Source: Podarcis cretensis
Taxonomy: Eukaryota
DNA: 64,000 nucleotides
Assembly: GCA_951804945.1 (NCBI GenBank)
Contig: OX638149.1
Span: forward strand, 67,332,001-67,396,000
Direction: 5' to 3'
Shown here: piece after piece, positions 1 through 14,514 of the stretch
Layout: every line of letters starts with the position of its first letter
How positions within the stretch are numbered: the first letter of the stretch is position 1
Translations under genes and position numbers: made by a program
Notes under the pieces: model-generated
The model's input: the letters and a program-made list of their open reading frames with translations, nothing else
What the model was told of the DNA's origin: nothing
Databases searched by the model: none

Positions 1-45
1 TGGATTAGATGAGCTTTGTCTGATCCAGCACAGCTGTTCTTATGT
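1..45 (+). mobile_element. 3' tail of a CR1-type LINE/SINE (cut by the window edge)
   Basis: ggattagatg...tctgatccagcacagctgttcttatg resembles the CR1-derived 3' tail of squamate SINEs. Confidence 0.5.
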
Positions 46-698
46 AAGCCATGGTTTATTTAGCAAGTGTGGTTTCTTTCTGTCCTAGTTCATCAGCCTA
101 ACCATGGGACACACACATTTTATAGTCAATGAAAAAGTGCTACACTTCAGTCAACAAAACATCTGGATTCGTGCAAATGTTAGGAACAAAGGCTAAATAA
201 TAAATTTAATTGATGTATAAATAATAAATTAAGTAATTGTTGGGAATGGGTGAACTGTAAATTTAAATAAAGAAATATTTATGACCTAACCTTGTGCCCA
301 TGATGCATTGTTGAATATGCTTTAGTATCCTTTTACTTTGGTTTTCAGTTAATTTTTTTTACTAAACTTTAATGCTAGCACACACTTGAAGAGCATGTCT
401 CCATAGGTACTGCTATGTGCAAAGTAAAGCACAATGCAAGTTCTCACACACATTCAGGTGAAAAATAAAGCACTGTGTGAATTTACTGCAGAATAAGTGT
501 CAACTTTTTTGTGTTTGCAGTAAAAATAGCCTAGACACTGAAAGCCGCAACTGGTAAAGTATGATGAAGCAGAATAACATATAATTTGTAGATTCCATGG
601 CACATAACTAGTATGGTCTGCATGGGAAGATGGGGGATTTAATAAGAACAGTTTACCTTACAGAAAAACAAAGTTATTTGACTTTTACAATTATTTAA

Positions 699-917
<219 letters not shown>

Positions 918-1484
918 TGAGGATCTGAGATACTTTTATCTGTTTAACTCTGCAGTTTAGTCAGTTGGGGTTTAGAGTTCATTGATTTTGTCTTATGACT
1001 TTGAACATACGAAATAATTGTGCACCAATATTTCAAAACACCAAGAAAATGATTTAAAATAACTCCCTTTGAGTCAAACTCTTGAAGCACTGCAGTATTG
1101 GATAATTGGCATTAAGCAGGATAATGCTGGTGCGGGCATTCAAAATAATAACTGTATACAGTACGATTGCACCTTGTGCGCGATTTCAACCTTGTGTGGT
1201 TGAAAGCTGGCTGGTTGAAATCCCGCAAATTAATTGCATGCAAGGCAAAAAGCTTAAAAGCTTCTTTTTCACTCGATTTCCCCAGAATTTCTTATTGGGT
1301 TCTGGGATGTTCTTACAAGAACTCAGATGGCCCTGTGAGATCTTGCAAGAGCCGACACAAGAGCATCCCAGAGCCTAGTAAGCAGGCAGAGAGTGTAAAA
1401 GCTTACTTGGAAGGTAAGGGTGGTCCCAAGGGGGGCAGCTCAGGTATAAACATTTTTGCATGTATGCACCATCCCTGGAAGTAA

Positions 1485-1781
<297 letters not shown>

Positions 1782-2361
1782 TGAACACATGGTTGGTCTG
1801 TATTGGTGGCTGATTGGAAGAAGCAGTTTTGTGGGAGGGGCCTAGGAAGCACATCCTTCTGTGTTGGCACACTGCCTTCCTGCCAGTTGTGCTTCAGGCA
1901 AAGATAGAACTCGATTGGATCTCTTCACAACTGCAGCTTTAGGACCCTTATTTCATCAGCCTCCCTCACTTGTCCTCTGATGTCATCACATAGCAAAAAC
2001 TGATTGGCTGTATGGTCATGTCACTATTACTCTGCAGAAGGGTTATCTTGCAATCAAAGTGGTATTAAGGGTTGCAGATTGTCAGGAAAATGTAAGGTTG
2101 CCAAGGGGAAGGGGGACTGCAAAATGTTTTGGCTTCTTCCTTCATACTGACTGGAGAACATTTGGATCAACTCTAGAAACTAAGGTAAATGGCATAGCAG
2201 ATTAAAATGAGTTGCCCTGCACACCTCTCTTAGACATAGAACATTTCCATTTTTGGAAAAGGCCATATTTTTACAGTAATAAACAGAAAACACAGTGGTG
2301 TCTGCTGTAGGTTGCTATTGCTTTGTGCCGCAGAATGATTTCCTCCCCGGTATATTAATAA

Positions 2362-2499
<138 letters not shown>

Positions 2500-3764
2500 T
2501 AATGTATACAGTTTGTGTGTTTTTTAACGTATTAGCTACTATTTGTGACCAGCTACCTCTAATTTCACTTGTAGGAATTGTTCCCCTGTATCTACTTTCA
2601 AGATTTTCCCTTTATTTTAATTTGAGTTTTTTTATTATTTTAAAATACCTGATGTCTTTATATCCATACTCATCCACCAGTGCACATGGAGTTGCTTTCC
2701 CATTATGACAATTTTTGTTTATTTATAAAGCATCACCTCTTTAAAAGTTCCAATCTCCTTTCTGCTGCATGCCAGTCCAATCTGCATGTGAAATATTTTC
2801 CCCCCTACTAATTTCAATGAATAGTGTTACAACCTAGTGACTACATGCCCTCCAAAGGTTTGTAAAGCTAGGTAATTAAAAATAATACTTGACATTTGGC
2901 AGCTTCCTTTATTTTACTAGGTTTTTTAAAAAATGAACTGTTCATAATCCATGGTTTGAAGTTGGCTTGTTTTGAAACTTCCAGAGTTTATCCCAGGTTT
3001 ACATATAGTGACAAACCAGAAAATGAAATTTAACTGTGGTGAAGTTCTGCTCCCAGCCACATGGAATGTAGAGAACCATGAGAGACTGAGGCGTTGCACA
3101 GGCTCTTCTCTGTTTGTGCATGTAGCACTAAATCATGGCTTAGCATTTCTGGCCAAATACATGAATGAATCCCACTAGCGGAAGCCAGTGCAATATTGTC
3201 TACCAGTGCAGCAGAGCTTTGTGCCCCAAATTGGCTTGGGGAATTGAGGGAACCCCCCAGAAAACTGCATAGGACGAAGAGAGGAGAGGCTTGTGCTGAC
3301 AGAAAAAAAACCTTTGTGCTACATTGAATTCTTCCCTTTGTGTGAATGCAGCCATTTAGGTACTAATCATATTTTACAAATACTGTAGTTAGTTAAGTTG
3401 ATATTTAGCCTGTACTCTGCAGCATGGTTGTTTCTTTAATAGTACCCTTTTAAATGTTCTTATATATATAAACGTGTTTTGAGGCTTGCTGACATTTCCA
3501 TCTCTCCTTCCCCTAAAGCTTGTACCACTTCTTTCTATCATCCAGTACTTTTCAAAGTAGAAGGAGACATAGAATGATGTTTTGCTTGCAATGTAATTAA
3601 AAATTACACTTCATATGCTGCCACTGATAATTGTTTGTATAGTGCTGTTTTACTGCTATTTGCTTTATTGTGGAATTTAATTATGATTTTGCTGTCATTT
3701 ATATTATTATATGAAGCTGCCTTGAGTTTAATAATATCTTGAAAGGCAGGATATAAATATTTGA

Positions 3765-4031
<267 letters not shown>

Positions 4032-5321
4032 TAACACACTTGTAAAAATAATCATGGGCAAGCCTTTTTGAAAGGGTTCCATGCTACCCATTTACCCATG
4101 TTTGCTGTAGTTCCTGTGCCTTTTGATTCTGGGCCACATTCTCCTGGTTAGTGCAGATTGCAACAGAACCAGGGTTTCAGTAACTATGACTTTCCTCTGT
4201 ACACAAGCATTAGTTAGTCTCGGTTGCTATGTTGCCTGTTGCTGGTGTGCTGCTTTATGTTAGAACTAGAAAATAAAGGATAACTGAATCCAGGAATTAT
4301 TTTGAATTACCACAGCCAGCCACACACATTCATAGTCACAAATAAAAAGACAAAACACTAGCTGGCAAGCATTTTATTCTTATTCTTGTATTTTCTTTTC
4401 TGTTCCAAAAAGATAGTAAAAGGAAAATTCACCAAACCAACCATACATAAAGTACACAGAAAGTTGAATAATACTGTAGTGACTGCCTGATCTCAAATGA
4501 ATCCAACACATGAAAGATGCATAACAGTTGCTAGGGGAAAAGGAGGTACATCCTGTGGAAATGGCGAGGAATAGAAAATAAGAGAGAAGCAGGAAAAGTG
4601 TACTAATGGAGATAGGAAAACAGTCAACTCACTTATCAATCACAGCTCTCACTTCTCCCATTGGCTTAAAACACTTGACAGGCAGGAGCAACCGTCCAGA
4701 CAGAAATTGCTTAGAAGAGTACCTGCACATTTTACTGCATGACATTCTTTTTAGGAGGACTGCAGAATTACTTTAAAACAAAAGAGAAAGAAAGCTCAGG
4801 ATTTGGGGACCCTGCTGGGGGGCTACAGTGAATGCCTTTGTAAGCACTGGGTTGGCAGCCCCCTGGCTTAGAGTGTCCTCTGACCCAGGGATCAAGCTTC
4901 AGCTTTCTTTCTTAACCACAGTCTACAGCCAGTGTTTGTTCTTGGCTATAGATAATGTTTAGGGAGAAGAGAGCTTAACTCTGCTCCTGGATTCAGGCAG
5001 CTAAACTTTGACTAAGCTGCCACACTGCACTGATTTAAAAGGCTGGGGGAGGAATAAAGTGGGCATCAGCTTCTCTTTGGGAGCCAGCACATTTGCATGG
5101 TACTGGTAAGCTGTAGTGTGGCTAAACCATAACCAGGCCAATGAGAGTAAAAAAACTTGTGTGGGTTCCCTCCCCCACAACCTCAAATGAGACTGAGGTT
5201 TTAACCTGTTTAGTCTCTAAGGGAAATAGTCTGGGCCAGTCCTGTGATTGTTATAGTGGGTTTTTGTGGTTGTTGTCACTTACTTTCCTCACAACTCATT
5301 CTTTCTTCTCTTCGCCATCAG

Positions 5322-5481
5322 AGTGAAATCCTGTTTTCATATCATGGACATTTGCAAGTACCGATCAAATTCATACGATACAAATAATCGCAATAAAACA
5401 GTGCACCTGAGACCAATTGCTTCAGGTAATGCACCAAATCTCTCAGCTAATTTTGCCAAGATTGGTGCAGTACGAAGTCAG
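5322..5481 (+). CDS. HIPK3: HIPK3 coding exon
   Basis: catcag|A GTG AAA ... AGT CAG|gtaagt; VKSCFHIMDICKYRSNSYDTNNRNKTVHLRPIASGNAPNLSANFAKIGAVRSQ; 160 nt. Confidence 0.94.
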
Positions 5482-6562
5482 GTAAGTACCTTTGATTTCA
5501 CTTTGGGTCTCCTGTTCACTTCCACCCTCATCCCAGGGTTTAGATCATGCAAGATAATGAAAAGGGGGGGGGGGCGTGTCTCAAGGCAGGCCTTTCTAAT
5601 AGGGGGAATAAAGATGTATCTGGTTTTAAGGGAATGGTTTTTATGGTTTGGACAATGTAGTTGCACATGACATACATCTGAATCAAAAGGTGAGGTAGAA
5701 ATCATGTATCCTAAACAGAAGATAAATTAATATATTCACTGTCTATTTCATGCATATTAGGCAGTAGACTAGCTACAGAAGCTCATTGCACAATAAAAAT
5801 GGTTAAGTTTTAAAAATTACCAATAAGTTCTTCATTGTTTTTGCAAACAGTGGCTTTGGATATGATGAAATGCAAATGCTTCATCACTCCTATTATTATA
5901 TTCACCAACCTAAATTGAACAGTCACATTTTCCCCTGTGGGGAGATCCAAAAGTTGAAACTATGTCAGAATCATACCAATCTCCTCATGGGCAAAGATGT
6001 GGAAGCTAAGTTGGTAACTGAGGCATCTGTGTTTCTCGTTTTTGCTGCTATTTGTTAGCTTGATGCTCTTCAGAGTCTGGAATTGTATTATGGGAGTATA
6101 AATAATTGGGAATCCAGGAGTGCCTTGAGACTTTGCTATGGCACTCTTAGCATTTATCATACTTATCCCCTTACTTGCTCTCTTGTCCACATGGGCCAGG
6201 AGAGGAGGCTTCTGTTGTGGCTCTAAATGCCAGCCTGGTAGAGAACCATGGAGAACAAGCTCTTCAAGATGAGTTACGTTCCTTTTCTAGTAGTTCTCTT
6301 GGAAGACATTTTCACAAAATAAAGCCAAAGGTTTTCTGTTCAAGAAATCCTTTGTTGCAGTGCCCCCATGTGGTGAAATATTCAGTGTGCTGGCATGTGC
6401 TATAAACATGATATTCATATATTAGGATTTGCTTTTGCTGCATGCAAAAGCATGAACATCATAATCCTCACGCAACATTATAACTTGAGATTTTTTTTAA
6501 AAAATGCATGTGAAAATTGTGGCAATCATTTTGTCAACTGATAATATACCTATTATTTTCAG

Positions 6563-6686
6563 GCATTAGCAGGATCTGCCCATTCAGTTATGCACCATGG
6601 AATACCACTGCAGGCAGGAACGGCTCAATTTGGTTGCAATGATGCTTTTCAACAAACACTGATTATATGCCCTCCTACTCTCCAAG
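6563..6686 (+). CDS. HIPK3: HIPK3 coding exon
   Basis: ttttcag|GCA TTA ... CAA G|gtatga; ALAGSAHSVMHHGIPLQAGTAQFGCNDAFQQTLIICPPTLQ; 124 nt; FQQTLIICPP is a HIPK-family motif. Confidence 0.94.
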
Positions 6687-7679
6687 GTATGAGGCAATTA
6701 AAATGACATGTGATATAAAATTAGATATTCACTTGGTAGTTCAAAGAATCGTCAATTCAGGCTTTTGATAAAACCTACTACAATTAACCAAGATTTTACT
6801 TCAGGTTTTCCATTTTCCTTGGATGATCTGATAACATTGAGAACTCTAGTGGACAAGTATTTTCAAGAAGATGAAATTGAAAGGTGATAGTGGAGTCATA
6901 TTATTGCATTTTGAGGCAAATTTCCTCACTTTTGTATCTAAATCCCACTGCAATTCCTTCCAGTGAACCAAAATAATCACATGGACCTCATGCATGAGTT
7001 GTCATATCGTTTTTGAGAATACCTGTTGGAATCCATAGCCTACACTTATTCAGCATTAATCTTACTTTACATGGTAAAAATCTAGAAGCACTGTGGGCCT
7101 CTTTTTAGCCTGTCAGCCCTTGACAGTTGCTGTCTGGGTCATGTTTCCTAATATGGATCCTTCTGTGGTCTGTCTGCCCTTTGTTGCTGAAGATTCACTT
7201 TTACTTCCTTGACATAATTTATGTTATGCACCTTTATTTTTAAAAATCACGTTTAGGAATGTAGGGCTAAAACAGTGCAGACTTTGTGGAATTTCTTTGA
7301 ACGCCAAGCTCTGAAAGCAGAAACATAGTCAGAATAATGGCAAGTAGATATTCAAATGTACAATTATTGTACAATTTATTGAAAAATGATTTTTGGTAAC
7401 AGACAGTAATTTTTTTAAAAAAACAGATTGTAGTTTATGGTCCCTATACCACTGTAAAGTGACACGAAAGTGGTCAGTATATCCAAAGTTTACCGCTCAG
7501 ACTTTTAAGCAGAATAATAAGCAGACCCCCCCCCCCCATACATCATATGTACTTACAGTACAGGAGAGAAGGGTTCAGGCAGCCGTTGGATCTGTCACAT
7601 CACAGGATGGCATGTGCTCAATATAAAAACAAGTGGAGGTTTCCTGAATGCATGTAAAGTGGAGGTTTCCTGTGTAGAA

Positions 7680-7880
7680 CGGCCGGCGCTGCTAGAGGGC
7701 AGATGTTCTTTGGCTTGTAGGCTGCCGCACATGCGCTGAAGAGGCAGCTTTCTTGTGTCAAAAAAAAAAAAAAGCGAGAATAAAAGGTGAAGGCTGGCGG
7801 CCGGTGGCAGCTACACGGGCGACATGATGAGGTCTGGCGGGCCGAATTCGGCCCGCGGACCTTGTGTTTGACACCCGTGG
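7680..7880. mobile_element. partial hAT-like MITE in a HIPK3 intron
   Basis: local CpG-rich patch ending in gcgggccgaattcggcccgcgg...gtttgacacccgtg, a typical hAT non-autonomous terminus; other end not found. Confidence 0.5.
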
Positions 7881-8098
7881 TGTAGAAGGAGAAATGAGGA
7901 GAGAGGAGTTTTGGGGGATGCTTCTGATTGCTAGATTATGGTTTAGGAATCAGGTCAGAAGCGATTTGGCCCCGGGTGATCACTGGACTGAGCAATATTT
8001 CCCTGAGCAAAGTTTGCATCAGGCTCAGAAATTCTGTATGCTAACCTTTTATGAATTTGGATTCAATCTTAACTCCCCTTTTCATATTTGTGAATTAG

Positions 8099-8217
8099 GA
8101 ATTCATGCTAATCATGGGAAGCCCAATGGTTACTCTGTAAGAGTTGATAATGCAGTGCCGTTGGTCACACAGGCCCCAACCCTACAGCCACTCCAGATAA
8201 GAGGAGTCCTTTCTCAG
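8099..8217 (+). CDS. HIPK3: HIPK3 coding exon
   Basis: aattag|GA ATT ... TCT CAG|gtatgt; (G)[39 protein letters not shown]; 119 nt. Confidence 0.93.
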
Positions 8218-8558
8218 GTATGTTGTTTGATGCTGTAGGTTTCACATTTTCAGAGTCATAAACATGTTAGCTTGACAGATTTTGAAGTAATATCACATCA
8301 GTTGCGAGGGACTGTAGATTAGTGATAGGCCAAATGCTTTGCATGTAATCTGTCTCGGCGTTACATTCCCTGCATTACCATGTAAAAGGACCTTTGGGCA
8401 GCTGGACTGATAAGATCTGTTATCAGAGTCATCCAAAAGCTGCTGCCAGTCTGTTCTGACAGTACTTTGGGCTAAATGGACCAGCGGCCTAACTTGAAAA
8501 AAGGATGCTAAACATATTGGGATGTAGTTATTCATAACGCTTTATGTGTTTACAACAG

Positions 8559-8680
8559 ACGTGGTCTAACAGAACACAGCAGATACTGCTTCCAGCATGG
8601 CAACAAGTGACGCCTGTGGCTCCTCCGACAACACTAGCTTCTGATTCTGTGGCTGGCCCGCAGAGACTTGGAGACTGGGG
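8559..8680 (+). CDS. HIPK3: HIPK3 coding exon
   Basis: caacag|ACG TGG ... TGG GG|gtaggt; TWSNRTQQILLPAWQQVTPVAPPTTLASDSVAGPQRLGDW; 122 nt. Confidence 0.93.
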
Positions 8681-8775
8681 GTAGGTCAAAACTGTATTTT
8701 GATTTTGTGCTTGAAAACAAAGTACGCAACCCTGCTATATTTTAATATGGATGTATTTTTCTCTGTTCTCCCTAG

Positions 8776-8937
8776 GAAGATGATTCCCCATGGCAACCAT
8801 TACAACTCGGTGATGACACAGTCTCTGTTAACCAATCAAATAACTTTATCTGCTCCTCAACCAATCAGTGTGGGCATTGCACATGTAGTCTGGCCTCAGC
8901 CCACACCAACCAAGAGAAATAAAGTGTGCCAGAACAG
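8776..8937 (+). CDS. HIPK3: HIPK3 coding exon
   Basis: ccctag|G AAG ATG ... AAC AG|gttggt; KMIPHGNHYNSVMTQSLLTNQITLSAPQPISVGIAHVVWPQPTPTKRNKVCQN; 162 nt; preceded by a 95-nt intron. Confidence 0.94.
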
Positions 8938-10006
8938 GTTGGTTTTATACGGTGCCTGTGGATCATTTAGATGTAAAAAATAATAATCATTCTTTCAAAA
9001 TCCCTTTAAAAGGGGGCTGTATATTTATGAATGCTGCATGCTTGCCAAGGTGTTACACCTCAAACTAGTTTGTTTAGAACATTTATTTCTTTAAACATTA
9101 AATACTGTGTTACAGTTCAAATTGATCAGAAGCCTACCCGTTAAAACCAAGGGATGGTAACAAAATGGGAAATAATGTAAAGTATCATTTGCTGCCCTTT
9201 GATCTTCTCTCTTCTTGTGACAAAAGTAGCTTTGACTATATTTATCTGCAGAAATAGACTTTGGTTTGGTTATTTAAGTATTGCAGGTAGACGCAGTTAG
9301 CAGTTCCTAGACTCATGTGCATGAGGAATTGTAAAATTTGGACTATTGAAAATAGAGACATTGTATAATAGTCATAATATGACTTAGAATAGTATTAAGA
9401 ATAGTCTTTCTTTTGCTGGCAGCAAGAAACACTTTAAGTGCTCTGTGGAGAAAATGTGCCCCATCACTACAGAAGTTATTTACAAAGGTATGGGACATTT
9501 CAGTAATGGAGAAACGTAAGACCGGGAAGGACAGTGACACTGGTGAACTGTGTTAAGTAACCCCTGATTCATATCCCCTGAAGTCAGTGAACACAATTCC
9601 TGATGATTTCAGTGGATTTTGAATCCGATTCAAAAATGTTTATGGTGTCCAAGCCAGCATTTCTTCATTCCTTCTTTCCTTTTTAAGAGAATGGTATCTT
9701 CAGCGTATTGTACTACATTTCATTGGTAAATCCAACTTTGAACCTTGCATTGCAGCATCTGAACAACCCTGCTTGTGATATGCAATAGTTACCTGAAACG
9801 TTTTCCATGATTTCTCTGGAAAACAACATTTACAGTGTTACCTGTATGTTCATTGTTTTATGTTTCATGTGTTGATTTATATTCATTGCTGTTTCAAAGT
9901 CTTATGTTCTAGTTTGAGTCAATTTGGGGAGGGAGATGTAAAGTTACTGCATTTGTTTGATAAAGAACATCTTTATGACATGTCTAAATAAATGTCTTCT
10001 TCGCAG

Positions 10007-10303
10007 GAGTAATGTGTTACAAAATACCAATATCCAAAATTCAGCATTTGTGTCTCCAAAGATAAGCAATGGAAAGGCTGGTGAGAAGCTAAGCTGTGTA
10101 GAAACACAGGACAATTGTAACTCGGTTGGTCAGGAAAGCAACTGTTGCAAACCACCTGTCAGGCAGGACCCTGATTCATTGGTTTCAAACAAACAGCGAC
10201 AGGCTATCATTATTGCAGATTCCCCAAGCCCACCAGTCAGTGTGATCACCATCAGCAGTGACACGGATGAAGATGATGTGGCACAAAGGCATTCATTTGC
10301 AGA
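10007..10303 (+). CDS. HIPK3: HIPK3 coding exon (PEST region with SUMO-interacting motif)
   Basis: tcgcag|G AGT AAT ... GCA GA|gtaagt; includes QRQAIIIADSPSPPVSVITISSDTDEDD (HIPK-type SIM followed by an acidic tract); 297 nt. Confidence 0.95.
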
Positions 10304-10623
10304 GTAAGTAGTAGCTTTGGGCTTATTTTAACTTCCCTTTTCCTCAGGGTTGTGCTGGAGAGCTGGTGTTTTGGTGATAGTAAGAGGGACTTCCTAAATA
10401 TACAGCACCAGTACATTCACTTGAATCAGCTTAAATCACTTGGAACATGGCTGCCACTTCTAGGCGGCAGGTTGTTACACCTCTTTGAGTTTCACAGCTT
10501 TCAGTCTTGGTAGTATAGCTTAGCACACAGTTGGCACTAAATCAATGCAGCTAGAAGTTGCAATCGATGTTTAGCGAGAAGTGTGCAGGATGAATGTTTT
10601 ATTTATGTATGTTTGCATTTCAG

Positions 10624-10764
10624 ATGTAAAGGGAGCCTAGATTGTGAAGCTTGCCAGAGTACATTAAATATTGACCGTGTGTGTTCATTAAGCAGTCCTG
10701 ACAGCACTTTGAGCTCTAGTTCTTCTGGACGGTCCAGTCCATCCCCTTGCAAAAGACCCAACAG
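10624..10764 (+). CDS. HIPK3: HIPK3 coding exon
   Basis: tttcag|A TGT AAA ... AAC AG|gtaaga; CKGSLDCEACQSTLNIDRVCSLSSPDSTLSSSSSGRSSPSPCKRPN; 141 nt; HIPK3-type sequence. Confidence 0.95.
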
Positions 10765-12748
10765 GTAAGAAATGTACATAACTGGGTTTGATGTCCCTGT
10801 GTGGCAATAATACCGCAGAGTCCCATTTCTAAAACCTATTTCTGGAAGCATTCTTAAGCATAGTGTAATGTTTACATAGTGTAATGTTTTGATCATACCT
10901 GCCTCAACAGAGGTTTCTCTCTGCATATGTGACAATGCTTCTGTGCTGGATTTTTTGGAACAAAGGTTAGGGTAATAAAGCTTCCTGAAGGAAAAGCCTT
11001 AGTATGCTGGATATTGCCTGTCACTGTTAGCCTTCTGTAAAGTCTTGATAATTCTGTTAACATAACTGTTTGGATAGATATATGTATTATTTGAGTATGT
11101 GGATGAATCATTTCCCATCAAATATCTGTTAAGTGATTTTACAGTAAAAAAATATCAAAAATAAAACCATTCCATATGTAAAAACAATTACAAATCCAAT
11201 ACAGAGATTGTCACTTAAAAGGCTTGTTTAAAAGGGAAGGTCTTCCATAGGCAGTGGGGGGGAAACCATAGAGATGGAGTCTTCCTGATATGTAATGATT
11301 GGTTATGCCAATCATATCATTTCTGAAGATAGAAAATAATGAATCTTAAAGATAACGGTCAGCAGCGCCTTTCTATTACTGTACGCCCAACTGGTTCTGT
11401 GGTTTTCTCGGAATCTAATGGTGATAGCTCAGTTGCATCACTAATTCTTGGATATAAATTTAAATCCATTGTTGAGTTAAATAAGTATTGCAGAGCGAAC
11501 TCAAATGAGCAGCTCTGTGCAGTTGTGAAAATCATGGATTTGTGATCATTTTAAAGATCCTCTATAAAATTACCTTGCTGCCCTGACAACGATTGCCATG
11601 ACAACTATGCAACCCTAATTAAAAAGATGAAAGGAATTGCTAGGGCTGAGCCAGATGTCCTCCAGTGAATATTTTTGACATGCGAAAGGGGCTTCACCAC
11701 CTCCAATTGTTAGATTAAAGAGTCCCCCTAAGCTTACATTTTTAAACTTGGTTTGTAGTCCTAATCAGCTACAGAATTAGTGTCACTTTTTATTTGAAAG
11801 ATAACCCTTTCCTACCTAGCAGCAGTAACATAGATATGCAGCTATTCAGATTTGGCTACATGACATCACTTAGGGTAAATGAAGTTAATTTAGCTTTAGA
11901 GTGATATTACAGTCACTGGAATGGATAATAAATGGCAATGAAGTTGCAGCTTCATTGGGGTCTGCAACAGGGTTGCTGCCATCTGAATGATGGTAGGTGG
12001 AGTATACATGGACACTACCTGTGTTTTGGTTGGGGGCATCTACTTCCCTTCCCCTAGGTGTGGTCTGCTTGCGGAATTAAAGTCTTTTCTGGTGTGAGTG
12101 CCACTAGAAATCGACCAGCAGTCAAATTGGTGGATCAGGGCTGACATTTATTTTACTGTTAGCTTATTTCATTTTAAAACATAGGCTGAATTTAGGAGTA
12201 AAACTCTCAAGGTGGCTTCAATAATTATGGAGTAAAATATCAACAGTACTTTCCAAACACCAAACAATACTAAATCTAGCAGTATGAAACATCCAACCCC
12301 CCAAAAAGAAACATTAACTATAACCAAAACCATCAGCAACAAGAGAAAACAATAAACAAAACTAAATACACATTCTGTCTGCCCTTTAGTCATAAAAACT
12401 TAGAAGTTGCTTAAAACCAGTGACTAGTGAAAAGTGGTCTTGGAGAGAGTGAATTGGGATAAGAGTCCATTCATAAGTATTGGTTGATTTGTTGGGGAAA
12501 GGTACATTTTAGGTACAGATCTGAAGCTCCTTGGTTTTTTGAAGATGTCCACACTTTCCCTAGTAGTTTGTTTATAGAATGAAACTTGGATTGATTTTGG
12601 AAAGCTGGAAGTTTAGAGTCAAGAACTTCAGCTCTCCTGTTTAAACTTAATTTTTCCTGTTTTTATTTTGTTTTGTTTTTGGATGTTTGCTGCAAAAGGA
12701 ATGAATGTGATGTATTCTTCATAACGGTGCTTTACTTTATTTCTGTAG

Positions 12749-12978
12749 TATGTCAGATGATGAACAAGAAAGTGACACTGTGGATGGTTCTCCCAGTTCA
12801 GAGTCTTCAGGCCACGACAGTCCATTCCTAGAAAATAGTTTTGCAGAAGACACCAATGAAAACCCAGAAACGAGAACCTCAGCTAACTTGGAAGCCAAAC
12901 CAGCTGTCTGTACTGTGGTGGTGCCACCAATGAGGATAGAGAACAGGTTAAATGCAGATGAGCAAATTACAAATGCAG
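12749..12978 (+). CDS. HIPK3: HIPK3 coding exon
   Basis: ctgtag|T ATG TCA ... GCA G|gtaatt; MSDDEQESDTVDGSPSSESSGHDSPF...KPAVCTVVVPPMRIENRLNADEQITNA; 230 nt. Confidence 0.94.
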
Positions 12979-13285
12979 GTAATTGGTGCTTATGTGTTTT
13001 CTGTGCTGGCCACGTTTTGTTCAATGTAGATTACATGAATGGAGGACCACCTGTCTCTTCTCCTATATCCTCAAAAACCCTCTCTGGGGGGGGGACTCCA
13101 GAGAGGTTTCTGGGGGTGCACTTCCCCCCGAACCAATAATAATATGGGATGTGTGTGGTTTGTTATCTTCTCCCTTGAATGCTCTAATGTTTTACAGTTT
13201 TAATGTTTACCATTAAGTTGAATAAAGTGAAAACATTAGAAGCAACCCTGATATATCCTATGTTGATCTTTTCATATTTTGCTAG

Positions 13286-13413
13286 TTACCACCTGTCAAC
13301 CACTGGTAAAACGCCGATCTGCCCGTATAAAAACAAACCATCCTTCTGGCTTGGGCAATCGTCAACGAAAATTGATATCAGCATTCCATCAGCAGCACTC
13401 AAACCTCAGTCAG
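13286..13413 (+). CDS. HIPK3: HIPK3 penultimate coding exon
   Basis: tgctag|TT ACC ... AGT CAG|gtatgt; (V)TTCQPLVKRRSARIKTNHPSGLGNRQRKLISAFHQQHSNLSQ; 128 nt; phases fit both neighbours. Confidence 0.9.
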
Positions 13414-14480
13414 GTATGTATGTAAACATTGCAATGTAGAGATATTTTTATTAGTTCAGATATTTTAATGTTGAAATCTACTGCACACACGTGACTCAAA
13501 CCCATCCCCACTACTTCATCTATCTTTCATTCTGACCTTTGTTAACTATAATTTTAATCAAATTAACCAAAGAGAAACTTTTAGACTGGTTGAGATATCA
13601 GGTAGAGACAATTAACATGCAGTATGTTGGGCTTCCTCGAAGTCTAAATAGCAAATTTAGTGCATACATACTTTGATATCCCAGTTCCTGATGATGGAGT
13701 AGACCACTACAAACATATGACATCAATCTTCCAGAGTCTGCATTTGACACTCTATTTCTTTTCTAGCGTAACACAAGATTCTGGTTTGGACCTAAAGCTC
13801 TAAATGGCTTTGAACCTACCTATCTAAGGGGCTGCCACTCTTCTGTAGATGCTTTCCTGAGGATACCTTTTACACACCAGATAATACTGAGGACTCGTAC
13901 AGTGGTATTTTCTGTGAATGTTGCGAGTGGTTAAGCATACAGCAAGAAATTGTATCTACACCTACATTTTGGATGATATTCTGTTAATGAGTCCTGTCAG
14001 TGCAAGCATTTCATAATGGGATTTCCCCCCTTCTCTGCCTGTGTAGGCTCATGTGCTCACCGAGTCTGTTCCAGAGAGTTGGAAACAGATTTGGTGGGTG
14101 GGTGGAGGGTGGGAGGAGAGGGCTATAACTTTCCATTTCCCAAGCAGAAATGTTTGCGCCGACAGAACGTTTGCCTTAGTGCTTTCTTTGATTCCATCCA
14201 TTGTGTTCAAGTCTGAGAGCTCCTTCAAAAAGTTGTGTAGGAGCTGCTCCTTCATAGTTTTTTTCTTAAACAAGAAAGAGGCTTTAAACAAAGCCATTGA
14301 GAAAAGTTAATTTAATTCAAATACTGGCTCTGGCAATACCTTGAAAGGCCGCAGTATATGTGACACGACCACAACGGCATGGATAAGTGGGGCTTGTGTG
14401 ATTTGCCCTACTTGCATAGTTGTGGTATTTACATTGGGACATACAAATGTGCATACACATACACCATAGTTGTGTAGGAG

Positions 14481-14481
<1 letters not shown>

Positions 14482-14511
<30 letters not shown>
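14482..14511. repeat. (CA)n microsatellite
   Basis: about 15 CA units. Confidence 0.95.

Positions 14512-14514
<3 letters not shown>

Noticed and set aside
7631-7672. 16-bp direct repeat aagtggaggtttcctg (and a similar 16-bp tandem near 10859-10890)
   Set aside because: Simple local duplications with no evidence of function
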